Assembly (NCBI GenBank): GCA_009835325.1
Contig: VXWP01000083.1
Coordinates: forward strand, 46,735-110,734
Direction: 5' to 3'
Length of the DNA stretch: 64,000 bases
DNA from: Gemmatimonadota bacterium
GTDB lineage: Bacteria; JAAXHH01
A program made the position numbers and the translations under genes. Shown piece after piece: positions 1-11,755 of this stretch. The notes under the pieces are model-generated. The model made no database searches. It was not told the DNA's origin and saw only the letters and a list, made by a program, of their open reading frames with translations. The stretch's first letter is position 1, and each line of letters opens with the position of its first letter.

Positions 1-1
1 A

Positions 2-1138
2 ACGGAACCGGTGCCCGGCAGCCGGACCAGCGTGTCGGTGAATTACGCAGGCCTTCCGGAGGAGGTATGCCCGGGACAGCGCCTGTTGCTGGCCGACGGT
101 CTGGTCGAACTGCGTATCGAGGCGGTGGAACCGCCCGATATTCGGTGCAAAGTACTCCTCGGCGGTTCACTCTCGGATCACAAGGGCATCACGGTACCGC
201 GTGGAGCAAAGGGTATCAACGCCTTCACGGACAAGGACCGGGAACTGCTGGTGGAAGGGCTCGATATGGGCGTGGATATGGCCGCGCTTTCCTTTGTCCG
301 AAACCGGGGTGACGTGTTGAGCGCACGCAAGCTGCTGGACGACAGGGGGGCAAGCCTGCCCCTGATGGCGAAGATCGAAAAACCGGAGGCCGTGGACGCG
401 CTGGACGACATCCTCCCGGCCGTGGATGCGCTCATGGTCGCGCGGGGAGACCTGGGCGTGGAAATCCCCTACGAGGATGTCCCGCTGGTGCAGAAGGACA
501 TCATCACCAAGGCCCTGCAGGCCGCTAGGCCCGTCGTAACGGCCACGCAGATGCTGCGGTCCATGGTCGACAGTTCCCGGCCCACGCGGGCGGAGGCCGC
601 CGACGTGGCCAACGCGGTCCTCGACGGATCGGACGCGGTGATGCTATCGGAAGAAAGCGCTACGGGCGCCTATCCGGTGGAGGCCGTGCATGCGCTGGCG
701 ACTATCGCGGAACAGGCCGAAGCCAGGTTGTTCCAGCGAACGGTGCACGGAAACCCGGTGCGTCGAGGGATCCCCGGCGTTTCGGAAGCAATCAGCCATG
801 CGTCCTGCGTCCTGGCCCTGGAGGCAGGCGCGAAGGCCATCGTCTGCTGCACGCGGTCGGGTCACACCGCCCGGGTGGCCGCGCGACACCGGATCAGCGT
901 GCCGATCATCGCCGTGAGCCCGGAGGTGGCGACCGTTCGCCGCCTCGCCCTGGTCTGGGGCGTCAAACCGGTGCTGTGCGCCGAGTTCGACACGACGGAC
1001 GGGATGATCCGCACGTCGCTCGACGCGGCCCGCGAGGCCGGTGGTCTCAGCCGGGGAGGCCACATCGTCATCGTCGGCGGATCGCCGTCGGCAGGACCCG
1101 GTCACACGGATTTCGTCCGAATCGCCGCCGTGCCCTAG
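2..1138 (+). CDS. pyk: Pyruvate kinase, C-terminal ~375 aa; N-terminus lies upstream of the window
   Basis: Translation carries pyruvate kinase barrel and C-terminal domain motifs (MAKIEKPEAVDALDDIL, MVARGDLGVEIP). The ORF is open to the window edge. Confidence 0.85.
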   Translation, partial: TEPVPGSRTSVSVNYAGLPEEVCPGQRLLLADGLVELRIEAVEPPDIRCKVLLGGSLSDHKGITVPRGAKGINAFTDKDRELLVEGLDMGVDMAALSFVRNRGDVLSARKLLDDRGASLPLMAKIEKPEAVDALDDILPAVDALMVARGDLGVEIPYEDVPLVQKDIITKALQAARPVVTATQMLRSMVDSSRPTRAEAADVANAVLDGSDAVMLSEESATGAYPVEAVHALATIAEQAEARLFQRTVHGNPVRRGIPGVSEAISHASCVLALEAGAKAIVCCTRSGHTARVAARHRISVPIIAVSPEVATVRRLALVWGVKPVLCAEFDTTDGMIRTSLDAAREAGGLSRGGHIVIVGGSPSAGPGHTDFVRIAAVP

Positions 1139-1202
1139 CCGCACGTGGTACCTGTCGTCCTGTAGATACATTGTATACACTACGCAGTGGAAGCGAGGAT
1201 CC

Positions 1203-2723
1203 ATGACTCCCGGCGGACTGACGCCCGTCGACTGGACCATCATCATCGGATACGCCCTGGCGACCATATCGCTGGGCTATTACTACAGCCGCAGGCAGAG
1301 CACCGTCAGGGAGTATTTCACCGGCGGGGGGCGCATGCCGCCGACGCTGATCGGCTTCTCGCTGTTCGCCACGCTGCTCAGTACCATCTCCTACCTGTCC
1401 ATTCCGGGCGAGGCCATCGGCAAGGGGCCCGTCTGGATGCTCAACTACCTGACGATTCCGATCATCTTTTTGGTAGTCGGCTACGGGCTGATTCCCGTCT
1501 ACATGCGGACGCGCGTGACCAGCGCCTACGAACTGCTGGAGGACCGGCTCGGTCTGGGCATCCGCCTGCTGGGCGCGGTGATGTTCATCCTGCTCCGGCT
1601 GGTCTGGATGGCTCTGCTGATCTACCTGTCCGCCAAGGCCATGACCGTCATGCTGGGCGTGGGTGATGACTGGATCCCCGTCATCACCCTGGTTACCGGG
1701 CTCGTGGCGGTCATCTACACCTCGCTGGGCGGACTGCGGGCCGTGGTGATTACCGACACGCTCCAGACCCTGCTCATGCTCGGCGGCGCCATACTGGTAA
1801 TCGTGACGGTTACCCTGCATTTCGACGGATTCGGCTGGATTCCGGGCTCCTGGCAGCCCCATTGGGACGCGCAGCCTGTCTTCAGCCTGGACCCGTCCGT
1901 GCGCCTGACCGTAATCGGCTCCATGATGGCGTCCATGACGTGGGCGATTGCCACGGCCGGGGGCGACCAGACCGTGGTGCAGCGTTTCATGGCAACCACC
2001 GACGCCCGCGCGGCCAGGCGGTCCTACCTGACCCAGCAACTGGTGGGGCTCTGCATCGGGGTCACCCTGTGGGTCGCGGGTTTCGCCCTCCTCGGATTCT
2101 TCCAGGACCAACCCGGCCTGCTGCCCGCCGGCGCCGACCTGGACGGACTGGCCGACCATGTGTTCCCCCATTACATCGCCTACTACCTGCCGCCCGGCGT
2201 ATCGGGGTTCGTGGTCGCCGCCATGTTCGCGGCCGCCATGTCCAGCCTGGACTCGGGCGTCAATGCGATTACGGCCGTGGTATCTACGGATTTCATCGAC
2301 CGGTTCAGAAAGTCGCCGGCTACCGAGAAACAGTTGACGCGTACGGCTAAAACGCTCGCCTTCGTCATCGGCGCCATTGCCGTGGGCGCGAGTTCGCTGA
2401 TGGAACTGGTACCCGGCAACATCACGGCGGTGACCAACAAGACCTCGAATCTGCTGACGACGCCTATATTCGCCCTGTTCTTCTTCGCGCTGTTCGTGCC
2501 GTTCGCCCGCCCGGCCGGCGTCGTCGCAGGCGCAGTGTGCGGCGTCCTCACCGCTTCGCTCATCGCCTTCTCCGGTCCGCTCTTCGGCATGTTGCCCGAT
2601 GGGAACGATCCGGTCAGCTTCATGTGGATCAGTCCCGTGGCCCTGGCCGTGAACCTGGGGGTCGGCACGACGGTCAGCTGGATACTGGCGCGGAACGGGA
2701 AATCGAATCATGCAACAGGATAA
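1203..2723 (+). CDS. Sodium:solute symporter (SSS family) permease
   Basis: About 13 predicted TM helices with SSS-like motifs. Start chosen at MTPGGLTPVDWTIIIGYALA; the upstream part of the ORF overlaps pyk. Confidence 0.7.
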   Translation: MTPGGLTPVDWTIIIGYALATISLGYYYSRRQSTVREYFTGGGRMPPTLIGFSLFATLLSTISYLSIPGEAIGKGPVWMLNYLTIPIIFLVVGYGLIPVYMRTRVTSAYELLEDRLGLGIRLLGAVMFILLRLVWMALLIYLSAKAMTVMLGVGDDWIPVITLVTGLVAVIYTSLGGLRAVVITDTLQTLLMLGGAILVIVTVTLHFDGFGWIPGSWQPHWDAQPVFSLDPSVRLTVIGSMMASMTWAIATAGGDQTVVQRFMATTDARAARRSYLTQQLVGLCIGVTLWVAGFALLGFFQDQPGLLPAGADLDGLADHVFPHYIAYYLPPGVSGFVVAAMFAAAMSSLDSGVNAITAVVSTDFIDRFRKSPATEKQLTRTAKTLAFVIGAIAVGASSLMELVPGNITAVTNKTSNLLTTPIFALFFFALFVPFARPAGVVAGAVCGVLTASLIAFSGPLFGMLPDGNDPVSFMWISPVALAVNLGVGTTVSWILARNGKSNHATG

Positions 2724-5016
2724 GAAACTGACCCGGCTGCAGACGGCGCGCGGGATGCGCATGTGGAACGTGAACGGCATGCTCGAGTCGGTGCATTCGG
2801 CGATTACCACGGGCGTCTACACCACGGGTTACGCGCTGCATCTCGGCGCATCCAGCGCCATGATCGGTTTTATCTCCGCGTCCATTTCCATCGGCCAGTT
2901 GCTTCAAGCCTTCTCGCCGCTGCTGATCGAGCGCCTGCGACGGCGCAAGTCGCTGTGTCTTTCCGCCAATGCCGTCAGTTCGTCGCTCTGGCTGCCCATC
3001 GCCTTCATCCCCTTTCTCTTCTTCGAGGTATACCAGGTGCTGGCACTCATGGGCTGCATCGCCCTTTCGAAGGCCGTCATGTCCCTGGTTTCCCCGGCGC
3101 GTCAGTCCTGGCTGACCGACCTGGTACCCGACGAGATGCGCGGCCGCTTCGTCGCCCGGCAGCGCAGTCTGACGGCGTCCGCCGGACTGATCACGTCGGT
3201 CTGCGCGGGGTTCTTCCTGAGTTCGTACGCCGCGGGAGACGAGCAGGAAGGCTTCACCACCCTGTTCATCGTGGCCGTGGTCTTTTCCGGCTTCGGGGTC
3301 TGGGCCTGGTCCCGCATTCCCGAACCGCAGAAGAGCCGGGGAGAGCATGTCCCTTCGAACCAATTGCTTCGCCTGCCCTTCCGGCACGGTCCCTTTCGCA
3401 GACTGATGTTCCTGGTTTCGGGCCGGCTCCTCATCGCCCAGATCGCCGCGCCTTTCTTTACGGTCTACATGTTGCGGACGCTGGAGGTCTCCTACGCCCA
3501 GATCGCGATCTACTCAGCGATTCAGACCATCGCCACGATTATCATGAATCCCTTCTGGGGCTACCTGGCGGACAAGTACGGGTACAAGCCGGTCATGTCG
3601 CTTACCGCCGTGGGGCTGGCCCTGTTTCCGCTGGGATGGGGATTCGTGACCCTGGAAAACTACTGGGTCATGGTGCCGCTGGTGCAGGTCTGGGGCGGCA
3701 CTATGAGCGCGGGGTGGGGCACCGCCCGGTTCAATCTCATCGTCAAGACGGCCCCGGCGGTCAACCGATCCGCTTTCCTGGGATGCTACTCCGCGGTATC
3801 AAGAGGGTGCGCGGCCTGCGGCGCCGTACTGGGCGGTATAGCCGCCGATCTGTGTACTTCCATCCCCGCCGTTTCTTTCTTCGGCTACACCTTCGCGGGC
3901 CTCCAATACCTTTTCCTTGCCAACGGGACGCTTCGCATCGCCTACATGGGCCTGCTGACCCGCGTGACCTCCGATTCGCAGGTCTCTTCCCGGGACGTGA
4001 TCAACCGCGTGCGCAAGGGGAATCCCATCGCGACCCTGTGGCACCTGGTGCGCATGGGGAAATCGAGCAATCCCTCGGTCCGGGCCCGGGCCGCCCGTGA
4101 ACTGGGTGAAACGGGCAGTCACCTGGCCGTGGACGAATTGATAGCGTTGCTGGAGGACAGCGACCGCAACGTGCGACGGGAGGCCGTACAGTCCCTGAGC
4201 AGGATCGGCGCGGTGGAGGCCGTGAATCCGCTGCTCGAATGCGTGGGCAGCCCGTCGTCGGACATCGCCGAAGAGGCCGTGGAAGCCCTGGGCGCGGTGC
4301 CATCGTCGCTCAGCCTCAACATCCTGGTGACCCTGCTGCACGACGAACGCCCGGGCATCCGAAGAAGCGCCATTCTCGCCCTGGATCGAATCGGGGACCG
4401 GCGCGCGGAAACCGCGCTGGAAGCCCTGCTCGAGCACGAGCGGGACCCCGCGATCGTCCAGTCCGCCCTGGAAACGCTGGCCAGGATGGGGAATACCGGC
4501 ATCCTGGGACGGCTGCAGGACCTCATACGGGCCAGCGAAACCAGCCTCGAGCGGGGGGTGCTGGTCATGTCGGCGGGACATCTCCTCGGCGCACCGGATC
4601 TGCTGTACCGGTTGCTCCAGTCCGGCGAGATGGACCAGGACCGGGCGACGGTGCGGATTTTCCGATCCGTCCGCCGGCAACTGGGCGGCTGGTCGCGTGT
4701 GGAAAGAGCGGCAAGGAACCGGTTCACGGACGCCGTCGACCGCGCCCTGAGCGCGTTCGAGCGTCAGCAGACCGGTGAGGTGCTGACGCGGCTCGTGGAG
4801 ATCGCACGGGACATCGCCGGGGAAGCGGGTGCGGACCGGGCGGCCGATGATGCGGCGTCCGAGGGAGGATCCGCGGCCGGCCCGGACGATCTCGAACTGG
4901 CGTACAGGGTCCTGGCGGACCTGGAATCGGAAGGCCGGAACAGAACCCTGCACGCCGAAGAGAGACTGCTGGCGGTTGTGGCCTTTCAGCGCATGGCGGA
5001 TCTGGCCACCGACTGA
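2710..5016 (+). CDS. MFS transporter fused to a C-terminal HEAT-repeat (PBS-lyase-like) domain
   Basis: N-terminal ~440 aa has 12 TM helices and MFS motif A (IERLRRRKSL). C-terminal ~300 aa has repeated HEAT-like units (NVRREAVQSLSRIGAVEAVNPLLE, IRRSAILALDRIGDRRA). It is a single uninterrupted ORF. Confidence 0.65.
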   Translation: MQQDKKLTRLQTARGMRMWNVNGMLESVHSAITTGVYTTGYALHLGASSAMIGFISASISIGQLLQAFSPLLIERLRRRKSLCLSANAVSSSLWLPIAFIPFLFFEVYQVLALMGCIALSKAVMSLVSPARQSWLTDLVPDEMRGRFVARQRSLTASAGLITSVCAGFFLSSYAAGDEQEGFTTLFIVAVVFSGFGVWAWSRIPEPQKSRGEHVPSNQLLRLPFRHGPFRRLMFLVSGRLLIAQIAAPFFTVYMLRTLEVSYAQIAIYSAIQTIATIIMNPFWGYLADKYGYKPVMSLTAVGLALFPLGWGFVTLENYWVMVPLVQVWGGTMSAGWGTARFNLIVKTAPAVNRSAFLGCYSAVSRGCAACGAVLGGIAADLCTSIPAVSFFGYTFAGLQYLFLANGTLRIAYMGLLTRVTSDSQVSSRDVINRVRKGNPIATLWHLVRMGKSSNPSVRARAARELGETGSHLAVDELIALLEDSDRNVRREAVQSLSRIGAVEAVNPLLECVGSPSSDIAEEAVEALGAVPSSLSLNILVTLLHDERPGIRRSAILALDRIGDRRAETALEALLEHERDPAIVQSALETLARMGNTGILGRLQDLIRASETSLERGVLVMSAGHLLGAPDLLYRLLQSGEMDQDRATVRIFRSVRRQLGGWSRVERAARNRFTDAVDRALSAFERQQTGEVLTRLVEIARDIAGEAGADRAADDAASEGGSAAGPDDLELAYRVLADLESEGRNRTLHAEERLLAVVAFQRMADLATD

Positions 5017-5020
5017 AGGA

Positions 5021-5737
5021 TCAGCCCTTTTTTGCCTTCCAGGCCTCGTATTCGGCCAGGGTCTTTTCATCGGGCGGGTAGACGCCGATGATGCTGGCTC
5101 CCTGCTGGATCTTCTGCAGGATGAAGACTTCGCGGTCCTCCTGCGCCACGGCCCTGGCCGCCACTTCTTCGGCAAGGTGGCGCGGGATCACCACGACGCC
5201 CTCCGTATCACCCACAATGAGATCTCCGGGGAACACGGCTACGCCGCCGCAGGCGATGGGACGCTGTATATCGCTCGGGTAGTGCACGCTCTTGCTGTTG
5301 TGGGCGTTCATGGCCTTCGCATACGCGGCGAGCCCGGATTCGACGATGGCCGGGGTATCCCGGAACGCGCCGTCGCTCACCACCCCCGCGGCGCCGCGCT
5401 GCAGAATTCGCGTGGCGAGGATGTCGCCCATGACGCCGGCCCGGGTGTCGCCCCGCGCGTCGATCACGAGCACCTCGCCTTGTCCGATGCTTTCGATACC
5501 GATCCGCTGCATGTCCGTCAGGTTGTCCACGGGCACGTGCGTGATGTCCTCCCGGCCGGGTATGTACCGGAGGGTAAAGGCGGGACCGGCTATGCGCGTG
5601 TCCGGGGCCAGGGGCGCGACGTCCTGCATGAACGTGTTGTACAGGCCGAATTCCGTGAGTACGGAGGTCAGCGTGGCCGTACTCGGAATGAGCAGGGATT
5701 CTAAGGTTTCCCGCGATGGTGCCTGCTGTTCAGACAT
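5021..5737 (-). CDS. RraA-family protein (RraA-like / 4-hydroxy-4-methyl-2-oxoglutarate aldolase-like)
   Basis: 238 aa with RraA/MenG-like sequence (AGPAFTLRYIPGRED ... VIDARGDTRAGVMGDILATR). Sits directly downstream of the galU-like gene. Confidence 0.6.
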   Translation of the reverse strand: MSEQQAPSRETLESLLIPSTATLTSVLTEFGLYNTFMQDVAPLAPDTRIAGPAFTLRYIPGREDITHVPVDNLTDMQRIGIESIGQGEVLVIDARGDTRAGVMGDILATRILQRGAAGVVSDGAFRDTPAIVESGLAAYAKAMNAHNSKSVHYPSDIQRPIACGGVAVFPGDLIVGDTEGVVVIPRHLAEEVAARAVAQEDREVFILQKIQQGASIIGVYPPDEKTLAEYEAWKAKKG

Positions 5738-5741
5738 GGTA

Positions 5742-6659
5742 TCAGCATTCCTTTCTGTGGTTGGAAATGCCGGTTGGACCGGCGAAGGCCGCCACAGCCT
5801 CCACGTATCCTTCCGGCGAACCCGTGTCGAAGTGATCGCCGTTGATTTCCAGGGCGAAGTACGCCCGTTGAGTGGCCAACATGGCTTGTGCCCCGGTCAG
5901 TTGAAGTTCGCCGTTATCCATGGTGCCGCCTCCTTCCATCCGCGCCAGGCAATCGAAGATGTCCGGCGTCATGGCGTGCAGGCCGAACCAGCAGAGGTAA
6001 GTGTCCGCCGGCATGCCCTCCACGCGCAGCCGTTCCCACGCCAGGTCCGGTTCGGGCTTTTCCACCGCGGTGTCCAGTTCGTAGAGTCCGTTCCACCGGG
6101 GCACGGGACGGCCCGAAACCGTCCCGAAGCGGCTGATTTCATCGACGGATTTGCGGATCACGCCCGAAACCGGGGCCTGCAGTTCCGCGTAGGCGTCCAG
6201 CAACTGACGCGCGCAGCACCGGTCCTCCCCGCTGAGGTACAGGTGATCGCCCAGCATGACCAGGACCGGATCGCCGCCGATCCAGGCCTTCGCGCGAAGG
6301 GCCGCGTCGCCGAACCCCCGGGGACGGTCCTGCGTGATGAAGGTCAGTTTCTCCGAAAGTGCGCCGGGGGATTCGGCCGCGGCGAGCAGGTCCGCACGGT
6401 TTCCGATTACGGATTTCAATGGGCCGGGCAACCGCGAGAAGTAAGCGCGGATCAGTGCCTCGTCTTCCGGTGCAATCACCAGGCCGATTTCCTCGATGCC
6501 CGCGTTGACCGCCTCCTCGATGATCAGTTGCAGCACGGGGCAAACCCGTCCCCGGACGTCCACGATGGGGAAGAGCGCCTTGCGCACGGCGCGGGTCGCC
6601 GGCAACATGCGGACGCCGTGTCCCGCCAGGGGGATGACCGCTTTTCGTATTGGTTTCAA
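5742..6659 (-). CDS. Sugar-1-phosphate nucleotidyltransferase, GalU-like (UTP-glucose-1-P uridylyltransferase family)
   Basis: N-terminal motif KAVIPLAGHGVRMLPATRAVRKALFPIVD matches the GalU G-x-G-T-R-x-L-P-x-T-K signature. Length 305 aa. Confidence 0.7.
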   Translation of the reverse strand: MKPIRKAVIPLAGHGVRMLPATRAVRKALFPIVDVRGRVCPVLQLIIEEAVNAGIEEIGLVIAPEDEALIRAYFSRLPGPLKSVIGNRADLLAAAESPGALSEKLTFITQDRPRGFGDAALRAKAWIGGDPVLVMLGDHLYLSGEDRCCARQLLDAYAELQAPVSGVIRKSVDEISRFGTVSGRPVPRWNGLYELDTAVEKPEPDLAWERLRVEGMPADTYLCWFGLHAMTPDIFDCLARMEGGGTMDNGELQLTGAQAMLATQRAYFALEINGDHFDTGSPEGYVEAVAAFAGPTGISNHRKEC

Positions 6660-6693
6660 ACCGGTCCGACTCCTTCAAACCCGCCGTGAATGT

Positions 6694-8151
6694 TCAGGGG
6701 ATCCGATAGACGCGGTGCCCGAATTCGAGGGCACCGGGCGAAGTTCCGGTGAAGAGTTCGGCCTCGATCCCGGTCGCTTCGCCGTAACGTTCCAGCAGAT
6801 GATCCAGGTGGTCGAACATGCGGTCGTTTCCCGCGACGGCGACCGTCCCGCCTGCTCCTCCGCCCGTAATCCTGGCGCCGTAGAATCCGGCTTCCACCCC
6901 CAGTTTCCTTACTTCCCGGACGATCCAGGCCGTTTCGGTGGACCCGAGCCCGCACCGGTGCGTGTAACTCCAGTCCGAGGCGAACATCAGCCTGCCCGCC
7001 CGTTCGAGTAGTGCCGGTTTTTCGGAAGACCCCGCCCGCCGGATGCACTCGGTGAAGTCGGTCACCCTACGGTGTTCGTACACCGGGTGTTCCACGCGGC
7101 TGCGCACCTTGTACACGACCTCCGGGACGACGGTCGTCACGGGATCGGGCGTGGTTCCGTAACGCCGCATGAACACCCGGCCCGAGATGCTAGATGGCAA
7201 CAGGGACCGGCAGGAATGCACATATTCGGACGTGGACAGGTTGCACAGGTAGCCCAGGGGGAGATGCGCGGCGGCTCCGTTGCCGGACCGCACCTGATCC
7301 CGCAGGATCGCCAGGCCCATGAACGCGCCGATTCTGCTGTTCGTATACCGCGCGCCCTTGATTTCACGGCGGATGCCGGAGTTGATGCCGATAAAGCGTA
7401 TCCCGTCCGGGATCGGAATCTGTTCCCGCACGGTATGGGGCTGGCAAAGCAGGGAAAGGAGATGGCCCCGGGTACCCATTGCGCAGGTGACCTGGTCCAT
7501 GATGCCGCAGGCCGCGCCGACCAAGTGGTTTTCCACCTTCTGGGAAAGGACGGCCAGCGTCATCCCGTCCAGGTTGATACCGTAAAGCAAGTTCAGTCCA
7601 TGCATGGCCGCGATTTCCAGCGCGGCCGACGAGGACGCGCCGACCCGAAGCGGTATGTTGCTCCCCAGCACGATCGTGGCGCCGTGGGGGAATCGTTCCA
7701 TATGCCCTTCGCCCTGCAGCACACTGAAAGCCCCGGCAACGTAGGCCGCCCAGGCGGATTCCGGCGTGCTGGAGAAACGCCGTTTTACGGATTCGTAATC
7801 CACGGTGCCCGAACCCGGCGCCAGGTCGTCGAGCGCCAGCGTAACGTCCGGAGAAAGGCCCAGTTCGTCCACGCCGGCGCTGTGCACGACCACCTTCCGG
7901 TCGTCCCTGGCCTGAAGGCCCATCAGAACAGCACGGTCGAGGGTCATCTCGCAGACCAGCGAACCGCTGTAGTCCGCGATGCCGCCCATGCAGTCGAGCC
8001 GCGCGGGCGCCCGCACGACGTAAATCGGTTTCCGTACCGCGAAGCGCATCCCCAGCGGGCCGAACGGACTCTCCGGCGAACAGGCCAGGGCGTGCTCGAA
8101 GGCCTCCGCGTCGGCGGGCAGGTTTCCACGATCCGTCAGGCAATCCAGCAT
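6694..8151 (-). CDS. GHMP-family sugar-1-kinase (arabinokinase/galactokinase-like)
   Basis: GHMP motifs are present: RLDCMGGIADYSGSLVCEM resembles the arabinose kinase RLDVMGGIADYSGSLVL, and a glycine-rich ATP loop (ITGGGAGGT) is present. Length 485 aa. Confidence 0.65.
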   Translation of the reverse strand: MLDCLTDRGNLPADAEAFEHALACSPESPFGPLGMRFAVRKPIYVVRAPARLDCMGGIADYSGSLVCEMTLDRAVLMGLQARDDRKVVVHSAGVDELGLSPDVTLALDDLAPGSGTVDYESVKRRFSSTPESAWAAYVAGAFSVLQGEGHMERFPHGATIVLGSNIPLRVGASSSAALEIAAMHGLNLLYGINLDGMTLAVLSQKVENHLVGAACGIMDQVTCAMGTRGHLLSLLCQPHTVREQIPIPDGIRFIGINSGIRREIKGARYTNSRIGAFMGLAILRDQVRSGNGAAAHLPLGYLCNLSTSEYVHSCRSLLPSSISGRVFMRRYGTTPDPVTTVVPEVVYKVRSRVEHPVYEHRRVTDFTECIRRAGSSEKPALLERAGRLMFASDWSYTHRCGLGSTETAWIVREVRKLGVEAGFYGARITGGGAGGTVAVAGNDRMFDHLDHLLERYGEATGIEAELFTGTSPGALEFGHRVYRIP

Positions 8152-8288
8152 TTGCAGCGATCCCGCGTTTCATGCTCCGGACAAACAGGTTGGAAACGAT
8201 CCGCCTTAATATATCCGACTGCCCCGGATATTCAACGAAACTTTGGCTCGGACGTCCTTCGACGGTCGTCGCCCGGGCCATGATTGTA

Positions 8289-8318
8289 TTGACAGGACCG
8301 ATTTTGGCCGTGTATTAT
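8289..8318 (+). promoter_or_regulatory. Sigma-70-like promoter candidate (TTGACA-18-TATTAT) upstream of uvrD/pcrA
   Basis: TTGACA at 8289-8294 and TATTAT at 8313-8318, in the divergent intergenic region between the GHMP kinase gene and uvrD. Confidence 0.3.
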
Positions 8319-8411
8319 GATATCGCCCTGCTCACCGAAATTTCCAGATGGATGAAGCTGGCTGAATTCCGGGTGGACTGTCCTTCTCTCTTGGCCGTTT
8401 GGGAACGGTGA

Positions 8412-10622
<2,211 letters not shown>

Positions 10623-10653
10623 TGACAAATCGATGTATTGATATATTGAATAA

Positions 10654-10672
10654 GCGCCGGTCGATCCGGCGC
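10654..10672 (+). terminator. Short GC hairpin (GCGCCGG-5nt-CCGGCGC) between uvrD and gatC; possible terminator or processing site
   Basis: Perfect 7-bp inverted repeat with a 5-nt loop. There is no clear downstream T-tract. Confidence 0.25.
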
Positions 10673-10692
10673 ATGCGAAGGGGCGACAAACC

Positions 10693-10977
10693 ATGACGGT
10701 AACCGTCAAAGACGTCGATCATGTCGCGGCATTGGCCCACCTGAAGTTCTCGGATGAAGAACGGGAACAGCTGGTGGATCAGTTGAATGCCATACTCGCG
10801 TACATGGAGAAGCTCAATACGCTCGACACGACGGCCGCAGGTCCGACTTCCCACGTGCTGCAGCTGAAGAACGTCCTCCGCGACGACGAAGCCGGAACGT
10901 CGCTGAGCCAGGAAGAAGCGTTGCGGAACGCACCGGCGTCCGATCGCGGCCATTTCACGGTACCCAAGGTAATCTGA
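10693..10977 (+). CDS. gatC: Asp/Glu-tRNA amidotransferase subunit C
   Basis: 94 aa. HLAHLKFSDEEREQLVDQLNAILAYMEKLNTLDT is typical of GatC. Confidence 0.85.
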   Translation: MTVTVKDVDHVAALAHLKFSDEEREQLVDQLNAILAYMEKLNTLDTTAAGPTSHVLQLKNVLRDDEAGTSLSQEEALRNAPASDRGHFTVPKVI

Positions 10978-10984
10978 AGGCGAT

Positions 10985-11755
10985 ATGGGATCCGATATCC
11001 CGAGAATCACGGGTCTCATACCGGCCCGCTACGCTTCGACGCGTTTCCCCGGCAAGGCGCTGGCGCCCTTGCGGGGCAAACCGATGATACAGCATACCTA
11101 CGAGCGGTCCAGCCGGGCGCGGTGCCTCACCGATCTGTACGTCGTGACCGACGACCGGCGCATAGCGGACGCCGTCCGCGGGTTCGGCGGCGAGCCGATC
11201 ATGACCGCGCCGGATCACCCGAGCGGTACGGACCGGCTGGCCGCGGCCGTACGGGAGATGGATACGGACGTGGTCGTCAACATCCAGGGAGACGAGCCGC
11301 TGATCACGCCCGAAGCCATCGAAACGGTGGTGCAGCCCCTGATCGACGATCCGGACCTGCCCATGACGACCCTCGCGCACCGGATCACCAGGACGGAGGA
11401 CCTGCTCAATCCCCACATGGGCAAGGTGGTCTTCGACGGACGGGGTCTGGCGCTGTACTTTTCCCGCTCGCCGTTGCCCTGGCCGGGGGCACGGCCGGAC
11501 CGGGAGTACCTGCACGAACACCGGTTCTACAACACCGTGGGTCTCTATGGTTACCGGCGGTCGTTCCTGCTCACGTTCGCCGGGCTTGAACCGACGCCCC
11601 TGGAGCGGATCGAACGGCTGGAACAGTTGCGGGCCCTGGAAAACGGATACCGCATCACCGTACGACAAACCGACTACGCCCCACTTGGTGTCGATGTGCC
11701 CGAAGACCTGGTAAAGGCGGAACGCAGGCTGGCCGCGGAGGAAGATGCGTCGTGA
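10985..11755 (+). CDS. kdsB: 3-deoxy-manno-octulosonate cytidylyltransferase (CMP-KDO synthetase)
   Basis: IPARYASTRFPGKALAPLRGKPMIQHTYERS matches the KdsB N-terminus. Length 256 aa. Confidence 0.85.
   Translation: MGSDIPRITGLIPARYASTRFPGKALAPLRGKPMIQHTYERSSRARCLTDLYVVTDDRRIADAVRGFGGEPIMTAPDHPSGTDRLAAAVREMDTDVVVNIQGDEPLITPEAIETVVQPLIDDPDLPMTTLAHRITRTEDLLNPHMGKVVFDGRGLALYFSRSPLPWPGARPDREYLHEHRFYNTVGLYGYRRSFLLTFAGLEPTPLERIERLEQLRALENGYRITVRQTDYAPLGVDVPEDLVKAERRLAAEEDAS

Noticed and set aside
1139-1202. AT-rich imperfect inverted repeat (GTAGATACATTGTATACAC) upstream of the symporter gene as an operator
   Set aside because: The symmetry is imperfect (7/9) and there is a single occurrence, which is insufficient to call a binding site. 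It is likely just the promoter's AT-rich region.
1068-2810. Long antisense ORFs from the six-frame track (for example 1068-2810 minus 580 aa, 3799-5175 minus, 14236-17007 minus 923 aa, 48294-50033 minus 579 aa, 50591-51646 minus)
   Set aside because: They lie antisense to strongly supported genes (SSS symporter, MFS-HEAT, lptA/lptB/rpoN, sufB/sufC/sufD). Their composition is Arg/Gly/Pro/His-rich, typical of GC-rich off-frame translation, with no recognisable domains.
3990-4010. Possibility that the MFS and HEAT portions are two separate genes
   Set aside because: No stop codon or frame change lies between the TM region and the HEAT repeats in the given sequence. An assembly error cannot be excluded but is not indicated.
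8172-8411. 79-aa ORF in the GHMP-uvrD intergenic region
   Set aside because: It has no RBS and no domain signal. It occupies the divergent promoter region, where a TTGACA/TATTAT promoter is a better explanation.
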